From Eledone cirrhosa (lineage: Eukaryota), in the NCBI GenBank assembly GCA_964016885.1, contig OZ024753.1:42532001-42596000 (forward strand): DNA of 64,000 bases, read 5' to 3'. The notes under the pieces were generated by a model that saw only the letters and a list, made by a program, of their open reading frames with translations, was not told the DNA's origin and searched no databases. A program made the translations under genes and the position numbers. Shown here piece by piece: positions 41,126 to 56,869 of the stretch. Numbering within the stretch: position 1 is the first letter of the stretch; each line of letters opens with the position of its first letter.

Positions 41126-42650
41126 ATAGTTGCTGTTACTACTTTGAATATATAGAGAGATTATTGCACAATATATAGACATGTTGTTACCACTTTGAAT
41201 ATATAGAGAGATTATTGCACAATATATAGACATGTTGTTACCACTTTGAATATATAGAGAGATTATTGCATAATATATAGACATGTTGTTACTACTTTGA
41301 ATATATAGAGAGATTATTGCACAATATATAGACATGTTGTTACCACTTTGAATATATAGAGAGATTATTGCACAATATATAGACATGTTGTTACTACTTT
41401 GAATATATAGAGAGATTATTGCACAATCTATAGACATGTTGTTACCACTTTGAATATATAGAGAGATTATTGCATAATATATAGACATGTTGTTACTACT
41501 TTGAATATATAGAGAGATTATTGCACAATATATAGACATGTTGTTACCACTTTGAATATATAGAGAGATTATTGCACAATATATAGACATGTTGTTACTA
41601 CTTTGAATATATAGAGAGATTATTGCACAATCTATAGACATGTTGTTACCACTTTGAATATATAGAGAGATTATTGCATAATATATAGACATGTTGTTAC
41701 TACTTTGAATATATAGAGAGATTATTGCACAATATATAGACATGTTGTTACCACTTTGAATATATAGAGAGATTATTGCACAATATATAGACATATTGTT
41801 ACCACTTTGAATATATAGAGAGATTATTGCACAATATATAGACATGTTGTTACCACTTTGAATATATAGAGAGATTATTGCACAATCTATAGACATGTTG
41901 TTACCACTTTGAATATATAGAGAGATTATTGCATAATATATAGACATGTTGTTACTACTTTGAATATATAGAGAGATTATTGCACAATATATAGACATGT
42001 TGTTACCACTTTGAATATATAGAGAGATTATTGCACAATCTATAGACATGTTGTTACCACTTTGAATATATAGAGAGATTATTGCATAATATATAGACAT
42101 GTTGTTACTACTTTGAATATATAGAGAGATTATTGCACAATATATAGACATGTTGTTACCACTTTGAATATATAGAGAGATTATTGCACAATATATAGAC
42201 ATGTTGTTACCACTTTGAATATATAGAGAGATTATTGCACAATATATAGACATGTTGTTACCACTTTGAATATATAGAGAGATTATTGCACAATCTATAG
42301 ACATGTTGTTACCACTTTGAATATATAGAGAGATTATTGCACAATATATAGACATGTTGTTACCACTTTGAATATATAGAGATTATTGCACAATCTATAG
42401 ACATGTTGTTACTACTTTGAATATATAGAGAGATTATTGCACAATATATAGACATGTTGTTACTACTTTGAATATATAGAGATTATTGCACAATCTATAG
42501 ACATGTTGTTACTACTTTGAATATATAGAGATTATTGCACAATCTATAGACATGTTGTTACTACTTTGAATATATAGAGATTATTGCACAATCTATAGAT
42601 ATGTTGTTACCACTACTTTCAGTATATATAGACATTATTGCATAATGTTG
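41126..42650. repeat. 51-bp minisatellite, ~29-30 copies
   Basis: Unit TGTTGTTACCACTTTGAATATATAGAGAGATTATTGCACAATATATAGACA; several distal units are 49 bp and decay towards 42890. Confidence 0.95.
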
Positions 42651-42689
42651 TCTCACTAAATATATAGACATTATCAAACAACGTTAGAC

Positions 42690-42730
<41 letters not shown>

Positions 42731-42894
42731 CATTATCACACAACGTTAGACATATATATTATTACCATCCTCAATATATATACATTATCACACAATATAT
42801 ATGTTATCACCACATTATATATAGACATTATCACTCAACGTTAGACATATATTATCACCACCTTCAATATATAGTGACATTATCACACAATATT

Positions 42895-43165
42895 CATTGT
42901 TGTTACGTCCATTTTCCCTTACTTGCATGGGTTGGACGTGCCCTTCTCAGTACAGCATCTCTCCACTTGCTACGGTCCTACCTCATCTCCTCTGTGAGTT
43001 TCAGAGATTTGAGGTCAGCTCTGACAACCTCTACCCAGGTCTTTCTTGGTCTACCTCTACTGTCGCTTCCTTCCACTGGCATTTCTTGGCATTTCTTTAC
43101 CCAGCGATCATCATCCATGTGCATCACATGTCCGTACCAGCGCACTCTTCTCTCCTACACACCAC
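42895..43165 (-). mobile_element. RTE-clade LINE 3' end
   Basis: ERRVRWYGHVMHMDDDRWVKKCQEMPVEGSDSRGRPRKTWVEVVRADL..L.L..EM.*DRSKWR, then a CCAACCCATGC 3' motif; in-frame stops. Confidence 0.9.
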
Positions 43166-43424
43166 ATCTCCCTTAATATTCTGACATTACCACACAACCT
43201 TGTACATGCTATTATTTTCGGTGGGATGGTATTAATTGGTCGAGTGTCGGACAACATACTTTGCATCATATAGTTATGTCCCTTTTACGTACTGACGCTT
43301 AAATCCCGCCAAGGTTAGCTTTGTCTTTCATCCTTACGGGGTCAATAAAATAAAATACCAGTAACGCACTGGGGTCGATTTAATCGACTTTCTTTTCCTC
43401 CAAAATAATAATAATAATAATAAC

Positions 43425-43487
<63 letters not shown>

Positions 43488-43632
43488 CAAAGAGAAAAAT
43501 CAAACAGTTGTGGCAGTTTCTATCTCTCGGATTAAATCTAATTCTCTTCATCATGCTACGAAGAAATGTCAGCGTATTTTACCAACAGTTGAGTCAGGAG
43601 GTTATTGGTTCACTGAATGAGAGAGAGAAAGA

Positions 43633-43677
<45 letters not shown>

Positions 43678-43829
43678 GGATAGAGATAGATAGAGATAAA
43701 GAGTGAAAGAGAGAGAGAGAGAGATAAAGAGGATAAGGAAAGAGAGAGAGAGAGAGAGAGTGAAAGATATATATATATATATATAAAGAGAGAGAAAGAG
43801 AATAAAGAAAGAGAGAGAGAGAGAGAGTG

Positions 43830-43872
<43 letters not shown>

Positions 43873-45239
43873 GAGATAAAGAGAATAAAGAAAGAGGGAG
43901 CAAGAGAAAGAGAGAGAGCGCAAGAGTGAGAGAGAGAAAAGAAAAGAAAAATCAATTTGACAGGAAAAAAAAATGGAAGCAATTTAATGAAATTGAAAAT
44001 GCTTTGAAACAAATATTAGTGACCATAATTATATATATTGGATCATCTTACATGTCATGTTTAGCGTCTGATCAGACTTGTGTGAGAATGATTTAATTAC
44101 GAGACAAATCAGTTTTGTTTTTTGGTTTTGAATTGCTTTTTGTTGATATTAACGAGGTAATAATGTCCTTTTCTTTTAAGATTTTCTCACACTTGGAATT
44201 GTTTAAAATATAATGTACTTCTAATATAATATATTTCCACTTTAGTTCGATTATATATCGATTGTGTCTTAGATTACAATATACACCTAACGATAAACTA
44301 TTCTCTATAGCCTACCCACTAATAAAACACTGAACAATTTTTATTAATTAAAAATAATTATTAATTAAAAAAAAAAAATTACAGATATTGATTTAGATAA
44401 CATTTAGTTTTAGTATCCACTAATAAAGAATCGAAGTTACCGAGTAAAAGTGAAAGTAGAACACACACACACACACACACACACACAGAGACATACACAG
44501 ACACAGACACAGACACAGACACACACACACAGACATACATACACAGACACACACACAGACACACACATACATACACAGACACAGACACACACACACACAC
44601 ACAGACATACATACACAGACACACACACAGACACAGATACACACATACACAGACGCGCACACACACTCACACGGACGCACACTCATACACCACACGCGTA
44701 CATTTTTGTATATGGCTGAATTGTTAAGGAGTTCAGCCCGCCGTAACCATGAATTTCTGAGTTCGATCCCACTACAATTGCCATTTAACATAGCGTCATG
44801 ACGATCGAAGTCACCTGAGTGAAATCTAAATCTAAACTCTGTCTCGAGGGTTCCGACTGGTTTCTGACCTTTTGGGGACAACTCAACTGAAATGAGGCAA
44901 TCGCCTGGTTTCTTTCCACTGAGAATTTCTACATTTACGCGTACGAAGGACGCCACTAAACTGGAAAATCCGAAATGCATAAATAGTGGTAAATTTTAAT
45001 TTGCTTTCTAATTTTATGTTGATATCAAATATTTTCTGCTTGATTAGTTGACGGTTATTTCATCTAGTTGTTGATAAGTATAGCTTTTATTAATTATTGA
45101 ATTCAGATATTGAATCTCTTAATGTGTCTATTCGATATTAACCATGATTTGCACTGTTGAATTAACACAACACGCACGATCATTGAATATATTGCTAGCC
45201 TAATGGCATTAAAAGTATTTGGTTCATATTATATATACA

Positions 45240-45457
<218 letters not shown>

Positions 45458-45476
45458 GTGTATATATATGTATATA

Positions 45477-45527
<51 letters not shown>

Positions 45528-45596
45528 GTGTATATATATGTATATATATATGTATATATATATGTATATATATATATATATGTATATATATGTATA

Positions 45597-45647
<51 letters not shown>

Positions 45648-45676
45648 GTATATATGTATATGTATATGTATATATG

Positions 45677-45711
<35 letters not shown>

Positions 45712-45734
45712 GTATATATGTATATGTATATGTA

Positions 45735-45771
<37 letters not shown>

Positions 45772-46047
45772 GTATATGTATATATATATATGGTGGGTAT
45801 ATATGTGTGTATATATGATTGATATCTGTGGGAAACAGCTCGAGATATCGATCATGATTCCAAACACAGATATACATACATATATACATACATTCATGCA
45901 TAAAGACACACACACACGTATATATATATGTATATAATAATAATTAGGGGATATATATATATATATATACTAGTAATATATATATATGTATATATATACA
46001 CATACACACACAGGTATACATACATATATGCATACATTCATGCATAA

Positions 46048-46086
<39 letters not shown>

Positions 46087-47117
46087 ATAATAATTAGGGG
46101 ACAAATACATATATATATATATATATACACACACATACACACATACAAACACACATATATATGTCCGTGTGTGTGTATACAGACACACACACACACACAC
46201 ACACAGAGAAAGATGAATGTGATATTATATCTAACTATCCACATTCAGTCATTTATTCTGACCACAAATTTAATGCACAATTCATGTTAGTTATAATTAA
46301 TTGACCACTGATCTTTATTGTCCTATCTATTATTTTCTATTTTACCCTATTTTTGTTTTGTTACATTTATTTTACAGTCATAAATAGTCGTTATTAAAAC
46401 ACCAGTAATGAATATTATCTCGGTAAAAACTCTTCGCTCACGACTAACTGTCAACTAGTAGGCTACGCTTTAAAGAGCAACGCACTAAATTAAAAAAAAA
46501 ACAACTGTCTGAGAATTGAAATAACAAAAACTACAACCGTAAAACATATAAAGCTAGGAGTATAATATGTATTTTATCACTATTTTTCTTCTTATTTTTC
46601 ACGCAATTGCTAATGTTTATTTATTATTTACTTTGAGTAATTTAGATAAAATCTTTGTTGAATGTATCTCTGTGAAGATCGAAAATCATTTAAAAAACTA
46701 AACTAACTGTACCGAATTTATTACAAAATAAAAGACTTGTAAACATATTTCTGACTTGCGAACGTCACGGTAATTGACTAAACAAGCAAGTGATTTCTTC
46801 TGGTATGTTGCTGAGAGAGGTGTCAAATTGGCTGAGTGGTTAAATCGGCGGATAGGAATACTTTGCGGTATTTATTCCAGATCACTTACCTTTGTGTTCA
46901 AATACGCGCCAAAGATGTCAACTTTACCTTTCATAATTTCGAGATCGATGAATAAAATATCAATCTAATACTGGGATCCATTCTTCTCGTTCTCTCTCTC
47001 TTTCTTTTTTCTCTTTGGAAGTAATCGATTGTGTTCTGTTCAGATCTGGAGAGAGATGGTCTTCACCAGGTTTTAAATGTTCAAGACAGCACCCCTACGA
47101 CTCCATACAGGACCCAT

Positions 47118-47153
<36 letters not shown>

Positions 47154-47858
47154 GGTGTCCGAAAAAATGTATACACTTCAACAGCATTCTAATAAATATT
47201 GCCTGTACAGGTAATCAAAGTGTCTATACAGTTTTTGGAACACCTTATATATATATATAATTGTTTCTACCTTTGGCACAAGGCCAGCAATTACCCAGTG
47301 TATTACTGGTATTTTAATGTCATCTTTTCAATAATGATAAAAAAAAAGAAAAACAGACCCTTAAATATATTTTCCGTGCTATTTCCAACTTCACCATTTC
47401 TCTCTCTCCCCTCCTTCTCCCTCTCTTTATATATATATGAGAGAGAGAGAGCGAGAGAGAAAGAGAGAGAGAGAGAAATGTAACCAAGTACCGGTATTAG
47501 TCTTGTACTTTATTTATAGACTTCGAAAGTACGAAAGACAAATTTAACCTCGGCGGGGATTTCCCTTTAGAAGGTAGCGTGCTGATACAAATACTACGAA
47601 CCATTCTATCTGACATTTTACCAATTCTACTAATATGTTGCCTCTCTTCTACATTGTAGTAGCATCAATACTGCTCTGATCTTATTTCCAAATTAAATCC
47701 ATTCCATCTCTCACCATGTTTTGGCTTTTTAAAAAAAATATATTTCTGTATTTACAGCGAGGAAATTCTTATTGAAATTCCCATTGAAATATTTCCATTA
47801 AAAAAATCATGACACCATTATAGTGTGTGTGTATGTATGTCTATATGTGCTTATGTAC

Positions 47859-47927
<69 letters not shown>

Positions 47928-48321
47928 AGCATCTGTGTGAGTCTATGTACGTGCATATTTGTGTATGTCTGTGTATATGTGTGTATGTACGTACGTGCAT
48001 ATGTGCATATATATATATATATGTGTGAGCATATGTGTGAGTGTATGTACGTGCACATGTACGAGTATATGTAGGTATGTATATCCATATGTATGTGTGT
48101 GTGTGTGTGTGTGAGAGAGGTAGTATTGTATTCCCACTTCATTATTTGACGACATCCTTGATATTTTTTCTAAAGCTAGTTCCTAATTTAGTTCAGTTGA
48201 AAATATTCCAGTTAACATCCCGACAACAATGAAACTACCACATACATTGTTGTATCTTCTTTCACTTGAACTCATTACTGAACTATATTATTCTCACATG
48301 TGTAGAGAGGAACATATGATT

Positions 48322-48397
<76 letters not shown>

Positions 48398-48424
48398 TAT
48401 ATATATATATATACATATATATAT

Positions 48425-48479
<55 letters not shown>

Positions 48480-48520
48480 TATATATATATATATACATAC
48501 ATATATATATATATATATAT

Positions 48521-48560
<40 letters not shown>

Positions 48561-48679
48561 GTATAATCGTATCTCTATACTCACTCTGCATTTCCCATGG
48601 ATTTGGTGGTCCTCCATCGGTTTCGACGATGATTGTTCTGTTCCAGTTGGGTCGGTTCGTTGGGACAGAGTCCCCAGCA

Positions 48680-49105
48680 AAGTTGAGTTGATGCCTTTCG
48701 ACTTTGCATCATTTATCCAAACACATATAATAGGGCATTCGTATAACGAGTTCAAGGCAACATGAAGACATCCGCCTATCCCATACTGCTGCAGAACCTT
48801 CCATAAAAATCCCGAGAAACCTTGTCTTATGCCTTTTTGGAGGTCAACGAAATAAAGACGCTTCTCTTAGAAATTCCCCCACAATTTCTCGAAGACCTAT
48901 CGCAGAGTGAGTATTTGGTAGATTCCGTTACGCCAGGAACGAAAACCACATTGTTTGGACTCGACAATATCCCTACATTCTTTTACCAAACATTTAACAT
49001 AGGCTTTGTCGAGAAATGGGGCCTCAACAGGGATATTCCTCTATAATTAGAGCAATCTTTCTCGTCCATATTTTTGAAAATTGGGATTATCACACCCGAT
49101 TGTCT
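48680..49105 (-). mobile_element. Decayed RTE-clade reverse transcriptase fragment
   Basis: GVIIPIFK..DEKDCSNYRGISLL, QCGFR, QI.TLR, FVDL.KA*D.V.R..LWKVL..YGI: RT domains 0-3 with frameshifts and stops. Confidence 0.9.
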
Positions 49106-49402
49106 TTGTTTTGGTCCAAACAGTTTTCGCTTCCCCAAATTAGGTCAATCCGAGTAAAATGGTACACGACACGTAGTGGAATGGAACCCGGTATTGGAAT
49201 AAATGATTGTGAAGCGGACTTCTTCACCGTTTGGCCATATTGTGTCCAGAGTATTTGACATATTTCCAGGTCATCCTAATCCCAAATGTGGTCTTGTCAT
49301 TTGTTGTTCTATTAATATAACAACTTACATGAAAGATAAATATGTGTCTCTATATAAAGCCTTAGTGTAAGAGTTACATTTAGCTCAGCAGTGATGGTGT
49401 TA

Positions 49403-49455
<53 letters not shown>

Positions 49456-49739
49456 GTAGAGATATAAATATGTATGTATATAGATATGTATGTAGAGATA
49501 TAAATACGTATGTATGTATATAGATATGTATGTAGAGATATAAATACGTATGTATGTATCTTGATATGTATGTAGAGATATAAATAAATATGTATGTATA
49601 TAGATATGTATGTAGATATATAAATATGCATATGTATGTATATATATGTTATATATATATATAAATATGTATGAGTAGGTATATAAATATGCATTTATAT
49701 GTATATATATGTATATATAAATATATGTATGTATATATG

Positions 49740-49819
<80 letters not shown>

Positions 49820-50230
49820 TGAATCTAACATGGATATCTCGACACACATAACTGCATGTTTATTGCTATAGTTAGCTGTTAAGTTATTCTCAGTTTCCAG
49901 TGTTTCTTTGATGCTTCAGAATTAAGCTTATAAAACATAGTTATAAAATATTACCGTAAAATATGTCGTAGTAATGTAATAAATGGACGCCAAAATCGCC
50001 ACAATCAAGTAGTTAGGTAATTTAAAACTTCACTATCTTGTATCATCTGAAGCTAGTCGATTTGGTAGTGTCGTTAGGGGGTGCCGGATTAAATATTTAT
50101 CGGTATTTGTTCCGCCTAACTGCGTTCAAAGTTCAAATCCGGCAGAGTTCAACTTTACATTTGATCCTTTCTAGGTCGATAGAAACTGTAAAGGTCTGTT
50201 ATATATATATATATATATATAAAACAGCCA

Positions 50231-50268
<38 letters not shown>

Positions 50269-50464
50269 TGGCTGTTTTAACAGCTCTTCTTGCGTTGAGT
50301 TTTCCCATTTTCTAGGAATTCAAATATAAGCTGTGCTATAATAATAATAATTACACACACACACACACAGATGTCAACATGAATGGACCTGTTATTTTTA
50401 TCTAAAGAAATTTTTTCCAATTCCAACCCGCCCGTCCCCTCAATCTATCTTTTTTCTTATTCTT

Positions 50465-50500
50465 TCTTCTGCTGAAGGACTAGCGTCCGAAACGTTAAGA
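50465..50500 (+). ncRNA. Degenerate minimal hammerhead
   Basis: UCUU CUGCUGA A GGA CUAGCG UCC GAAA C GUU AAGA; the core carries a CUGCUGA substitution, so probably inactive. Confidence 0.5.
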
Positions 50501-50609
50501 CGTCTTCGTGCTATATCAAATGTTAACCTAATATATCCCTTCCATATACTGTACCGATTGTGTTGTTATTTCTGTTTACCTTTTACATATATATACACAT
50601 ATATATATA

Positions 50610-51039
50610 TAGTAGAGTGTAAACATCATGTTTAATATTAAACATTATATATATATATATATATATATATTGAAGTTCTGGTCAACTTTATTTAGTTACT
50701 ACCTAGCTATGTGTGCTTACACACTTGTAAAAATTATCTCCTGTGATTATTCATGTTTATTTATATGTTAATCAATTTCTCGTTATTATAAAATGCTCGG
50801 ACCTATTCGTTAGAATCTTAGAGCTTATTTTGCGGGTGATATGGCGCATGTCTTTCTGGCATGACATCCATAATTTTGATTTAGATTAAATTCGTTTGAT
50901 TTATCTTAATTTTGGATATATATATATATATACATATATATATACATATATATATAATGTTTAATATTAAACATATGTTTACACTCTACTAATGTATTTG
51001 GTACGTTACTTACTGTGGTTACTCAGGATTGAACCCGGG

Positions 51040-51040
<1 letters not shown>
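50610..51040 (+). mobile_element. Inverted-repeat relic with a family A-like tail
   Basis: TAGTAGAGTGTAAACATCATGTTTAATATTAAACATTA (50610-50647) is inverted at 50955-50991, followed by GTAC.TTACTTACTGTGGTTAC...ATTGAACCCGGGA as in family A tails. Confidence 0.6.
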
Positions 51041-51132
<92 letters not shown>

Positions 51133-53031
51133 GTGTGTGTGTCTATGTTTAAGTCCCGAAACGTACAAAACGGAACCGCTAAAATAAGTACCAAACTTGA
51201 AAAAAATAAGGAATAAAAAAAGGTAATGGAATCGATATTATTGAGTAAATCCCCTTAAGGTTGTGCCACAGCATGGCCGCAGTCTAGTAATACATTAAAA
51301 GAATATATGATGGAATCCCATCCCTTCCACTTCAGGAATAAGCTGAAATTCCCTCTATTATTCCTAATGCTTGATTTTGGCTTCAATTTAAAATTCTCTG
51401 CAAGTATTTCCACCTGGCAATACGATATTTGGGTAAGATCCAAATAAACGGGCGAATAACGCCCCAAAGATTCTCTTAAACACTCTTCACATTCATCTTA
51501 ATCAAACCGAGATGGCGATATTGCAGTTATGTAGAGTGAGTGAGAGAGTGTGTGTGTGAGTGAGTGAGTGAGTGAGTGAGAGAGAGAGACTGTGTGTGTG
51601 AGAGAGAGAGAGAGTGTGTGAGAGATTTTCCAGGCAGCCTACATCAGATGTAAAGTGTGTTTGTTTGTTTGTGTGATGTTTGTTTGTTGTGTGCACATGT
51701 GTGGTGTTTGGGTTTGTCTGTGTAGTTGAGGTGTTTGTATGTATGTATGAGTTTGTGTGTGTGTGTGTGCGTGTGTGTGTGGCCTTTGAGTTTATGTGTG
51801 TGTGTTTGTGTTTGTATGTATGTGTTTGTGTGTGTTTGTGTGTATGGCCCTTGCGTTTGTGTTTGTTTTTGTGTGTGTTTGTGTTTTTGTGTGTGTGTTT
51901 GTGTTTGTATGTATGTGTTTGTGTGTGTATGTGTGGCCTTTGCGTTTTTTTTTGTGTGTGTGTGTGTGTGTGTATGTATACATGTGTGTGTGTGTGTTTG
52001 TGTCTTCCTCGTTTCTTTTATGTATTTGGCCCCCCTCCTCCTCTATTTCTCGTGTGTTTTCAATTCGCCCTCCTTCCCTACTTCCTATTACAGTCAACTT
52101 TTTTCTCCCCAACATATGACGAATGTGAACAGCCCCCATCTGTAAATGTTTTATCGCTTCAGAAGACCTAATTTTAGCTCTAGTACCATTTACTTCATCA
52201 TCATTCACAACTTTCAAGAAACGCCTAACTTTATGTTCCAACTTCTCTACAGAATTTCATTAGATTTCTTTCTGTGTCAGCAGCAGATCCCTGACTAAAA
52301 ACCCAAGTGTTTCTTTTTTTCTCTCTTTCACTTATAATATATTAAAAAACCCACCGGAAACCGCCTCTGGTTCTGCAATAAAAAGCTATTCATTTTTAAG
52401 TGTTTATATTTATCTAAAACCATTTCGTAATAATTCTATGTAAAAAGCTTTGTTAAGTTCCGTTCCAAATACCAACTTGATAAATGTCAAAGTTTTATTA
52501 TTTTCTCTTTTTATTAAATTCCTCGAAATTCTTGATTATTTTTCAAAATGAGTTGAAAAATCATCGACCTCAACTTAGAGAATTGGTAACATTTGGTGAA
52601 TAGGAATTGGAATAAATTCACCAGAGAAAATTAAATGGAAACAAAATATCCCGATAGAATATAAAATTTCTCTCCACCTTGACAAACATATTTCGATGGA
52701 ATACGTCTTCGTAGAATGAATAATTTAGAAATACAGTTTTGAAGAACATTTGAGTTTGATTGATGCCAATACTATTCTTAGACTTCTTGAACAGAACGAC
52801 CCGCCCTCCCCCCACACACGACGTTCTAACGACTCTGCCAATTCGCCACCTCGGTAAAATGTATTTTTAGCAGCTTTATGTATATTTTGTTATGTGAAGA
52901 ATTAAGGGTTTAAGATCTTTCAGAGTAAATGACGTGGCAGAAGTTGTGTCTGTACTCTGCCCCAGTTTTCGGCAACTCTTGCTTGGCATCATAAGCCTGT
53001 CTTTTAGTTTGGCCCAGTATATCAGTTAGAT

Positions 53032-53215
53032 CAAGGTTCCCCAAACTTTTTCAAACGGGGAAACCTTTTTGGTACAGAAACATTTGGGGGACCTCAAAGT
53101 CTAATACTGTTATATGCTCGTAATATAAATCTATTCCTCTACATTTTTTCACGGAACTCCAGACACTCCTTTGCGGAACGCTAGGGTTCTGCGGAACCCA
53201 CTCTGGGAACCACTG
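53032..53215. mobile_element. hAT-like MITE
   Basis: CAAGGTTCCCCAAA / TCTGGGAACCACTG termini; flanks AGTTAGAT and GATTAGAT resemble a decayed 8-bp TSD. Confidence 0.55.
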
Positions 53216-53230
53216 GATTAGATGGAAGCT

Positions 53231-53508
53231 AGACATGGTGCCCCTCTAGGTATATTGGTTTGACCCAGACATGGTGCCCCTCTAGGTATATTGGTTTGAC
53301 CCAGACATGGTGCCCCTCTAGGTATATTGGTTTGACCCAGACATGGTGCCCCTCTAGGTATATTGGTTTGACCCAGACATGGTGCCCCTCTAGGTATATT
53401 GGTTTGACCCAGACATGGTGCCCCTCTAGGTATATTGGTTTGACCTAGACATGGTGCCCCTCTACGTATATTGGTTTGACCCAGACATGGTGCCCCTCTA
53501 CGTATATT
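53231..53508. repeat. 36-bp minisatellite, ~7.7 copies
   Basis: Unit AGACATGGTGCCCCTCTAGGTATATTGGTTTGACCC. Confidence 0.95.
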
Positions 53509-54216
53509 AATGTTATGTTCTACTTCCTACAATTTAGTTTTCAACTCTAATTTAATTGTTAAGTCTAAATATTTTTGTTTTATTCATGAGTTGGAGAATT
53601 TTAACTTCTATTGGCAGACATTTCTAGATTCTAGCGGTGTCTTCATTTAATTTGTTTATTCAACTGCTAATTCTGAATTTAATGGTTTATTCAACATTTT
53701 GTTTTCTTTACAAGTTTAAAGAATAATTAGTTTAGGTTTAGTTAATTATTAATTTCAGTTTCCCGGAGAGGAGTTACACATGCTGTTGCTGTCTACGTAT
53801 TAATTTTAATATTAATTTAACTTCTATATTGTACAATTAAGTTAAGTCTAAGATTTTAAATTCTAATTTAATTGTTGAGTTCTTGAGTTGAATGTTGACA
53901 TGTATTGTGTCATGTTTCCTGGATTCCAGTGATGAATGGGTTCTATTTTGGAATTTATGGTGGGATTATTTTATGCTTGGGTTAATTTTTAGGTTTAATT
54001 TTAAATTTTTTCCCTGTTTATTGTGGTTTGATTGAATCAGCTTTGTATAGATGGAATGGACGACAGCCTTTCTCTCCGAAGAAGAGAGGTGAAAGAATGC
54101 CTCGCGATGAAACTTTTGAAATGGTAGTATCTGAAGAAGCCAGTCATATATATATGTTAAGGCATGGAGAGAGATGGAGCCCACCAGTTTTAAATGCAGA
54201 AGAGTTAAGAGCTCAT

Positions 54217-54262
<46 letters not shown>

Positions 54263-54394
54263 AGATCAAAAGATGGTTAAATGAGTTCCATCTTTTGATC
54301 TTATATATTATGTATACTCCAGTCCTACAAATTGTAGAGTGCTTCTTATCCGATATCTGCATTGCTTTATTGTACTACAATAAAACTCACCTCC

Positions 54395-54446
<52 letters not shown>

Positions 54447-54811
54447 ATTGTGTGTGTGATTGTGTGTGTGATTGTGTGTGTGTGTATTCGAAACTTACAC
54501 ACTGCAGAAGAATGTGTATCCTAAATATATTGAAATATTTCTTGTGTGAAAATATGATTATCCTCTTATATATTTAGGTTAATGCTAGCAATGCCTGTGA
54601 ACGCCAGAGATATTGGTGAAAGTAGGTGGTTCTTGGGCTGGGAGGGTTTGGGTGAGGTTTTAAAGGACTGTATTGGTTTGATGCTATGTATTGCGTGGTA
54701 TGTGTCTGATTAGTGGAGTTGAATGTAGTTTTATGGAGAGTGTTTGGTTGTGTTCATGGCAAACGTTGGCCTGATGTAGATTTGTTTGTATTCAAGGGAA
54801 AGTAATTAACG

Positions 54812-54845
<34 letters not shown>

Positions 54846-54982
54846 GTATTTCCGTAGGAAGGGTAAAGGAAAGGAGAGTGCTCTATGTATGCTACAGAGC
54901 TATTTAATTGATGAGCGATTTTCGACGTCTGTGTTGAGCTCGTCTGTCTTCGTGAAACCTTTGGTAAATGTTGTTTATAACA

Positions 54983-55030
<48 letters not shown>

Positions 55031-55109
55031 CTTCTGGTTTTATAATTTCACAAAGTTTTACCAATAGAGTATGTATGTATGTATGTATGTATGTATGTAT
55101 GTATGTATG

Positions 55110-55142
<33 letters not shown>

Positions 55143-56435
55143 CGAAATAAAAACATTTCGATTTCGTTGTTTTGTATAGAGCTCAATGGAAGTAAGATTC
55201 GTAAAAAACCATTCCAGAGCTGACTTATACAAGAATATTACAGTAAACAACATTAGTTATATAACGTAATACAAGGTGCAAAAGTAAACAGAACATAACA
55301 AATATTACATTACATTAGTTGTTATACCTAAACTATAGAGAAAAACATCCCCAATTACTATGGTTAAAATAAACAAACCAGAATTAATGGACTTCCAGAT
55401 CCATTATATATATATATATATATATATATAACCACAAACCCTCCATCTCAATTCTACTTTTGAAAAGCATAAGAACTGTGAAATCGCTAAAACGGAAATA
55501 AATAAATATTCTTAAAAAGACTCCAGTTGCATTTTCGATTTCACCTTTTTTCCTTAGACTTTCACTCGTGTAGGACATCTCGTTTTTTTTTTTCTTTTAA
55601 AAAAATCTTCATTTTCTTGTATATATATATATATATATATATATACAATCACAGATATTTTTTATTTGTTTGACCCGAATTACTTGATCGTTTTTTTGGC
55701 TATGCGAATGATTGTTTAACCATCGTCTCAGTGTGTTTGGCCTTTAACGTTTGTTATAGCTCTGGTTCATCTGAATCATTGAGCACTTGCCACACATCTC
55801 GGAGGTTGTTTTTCGTTATTTCGTGGGCCGAAATGCGATTCTCGATAATTTATATTTATATATATATATATATATATATATTTGGTGCGCTTTTCGAACC
55901 CCCTTTTTTCATTATCATTTTCCTTATATATATATATATATATGTTTATTTATATTAATATGTTGACTTAACCCCGCACTACCAGTTTAACTGTTAATAT
56001 CAATTATTTCGTTTGTTCCCACATCAATAATTATAAATATATAATCATTCATCGAAGATCAACTAAAACAATTAGTTAGCGTTTTTGTTTCCAGTTCTTA
56101 TTTGTTAACTTCTTATGCTATCGCTTATATTTTAACTGTTCTTCATCTTGGAACCAAATTGAGATTTATTGTATCGCTGTTTTGTGCTGTATAGTGTTTT
56201 AACGACTGTTTTATTGATTTCAGGTGTCATGTGTCTCATAAAAAATATCTAATATCTAAATATTGTTATCAACTTTGGTATTCATTTGAGGATTTTGTGA
56301 AAATATATATTAAATATTAGCGAAAAAAAAAATGATATTGTTTTTGCAAAGTGGGAATATTTGTAATGGCGGCTAAACGAAAGTGTTCTATAGTCTGGCA
56401 TACTTAGACGTGTAAAATATGATTTGTAGGATTCA

Positions 56436-56496
<61 letters not shown>

Positions 56497-56497
56497 G

Positions 56498-56790
56498 CAC
56501 CTCCGTCAGTCACGACGACGATTGTTTCAGTTGTTCGAACAATAGAACAAGTCTGCTTGTCATCAAATTAACGTGCAAGTGGCTGAGCATTTTATCGACA
56601 CGTATACCCTTAACATGCTTCTCAGGGAGATTCGGCGTGACATAGCGTGTGGCAAGGTTGGCCCTTCGTATTACAGGAACAACTCATTCTTTCCAACTGA
56701 GTGAACTGAAGCAACGTGAAATAAGTGTCTTGCCCAAGGCCACAACGTCTGAGCGGAATAACCTCACTATTACTGCACAGGCCTTCACAT
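56498..56790 (-). mobile_element. CORE-type SINE (family 2)
   Basis: Minus strand GTTGTGGCCTTGGGCAAGACACTTATTTCAC core and a 3' region shared with 20305-20655. Confidence 0.7.
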
Positions 56791-56869
56791 AGAAATATAT
56801 AGGGTAGGTAGTTATCTATATATATGTATATACATATATCTATATATATATGTATATAGATATAAAATA

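Noticed and set aside
41081-42355. 424-aa ORF with 17-aa repeats
   Set aside because: Read-through of a 51-bp minisatellite; neighbouring 49-bp units break the frame and there is no unique domain.
44420-44980. 186-aa minus-strand ORF with a non-repetitive N-terminus
   Set aside because: Runs through a SINE fragment and (CA)n; no recognisable domain or supporting exons.
54900-54970. UUGAUGA GCGA...UCGU GAAA CC UUU G GUA hammerhead-like motif
   Set aside because: First core base is wrong and stem I does not pair convincingly.
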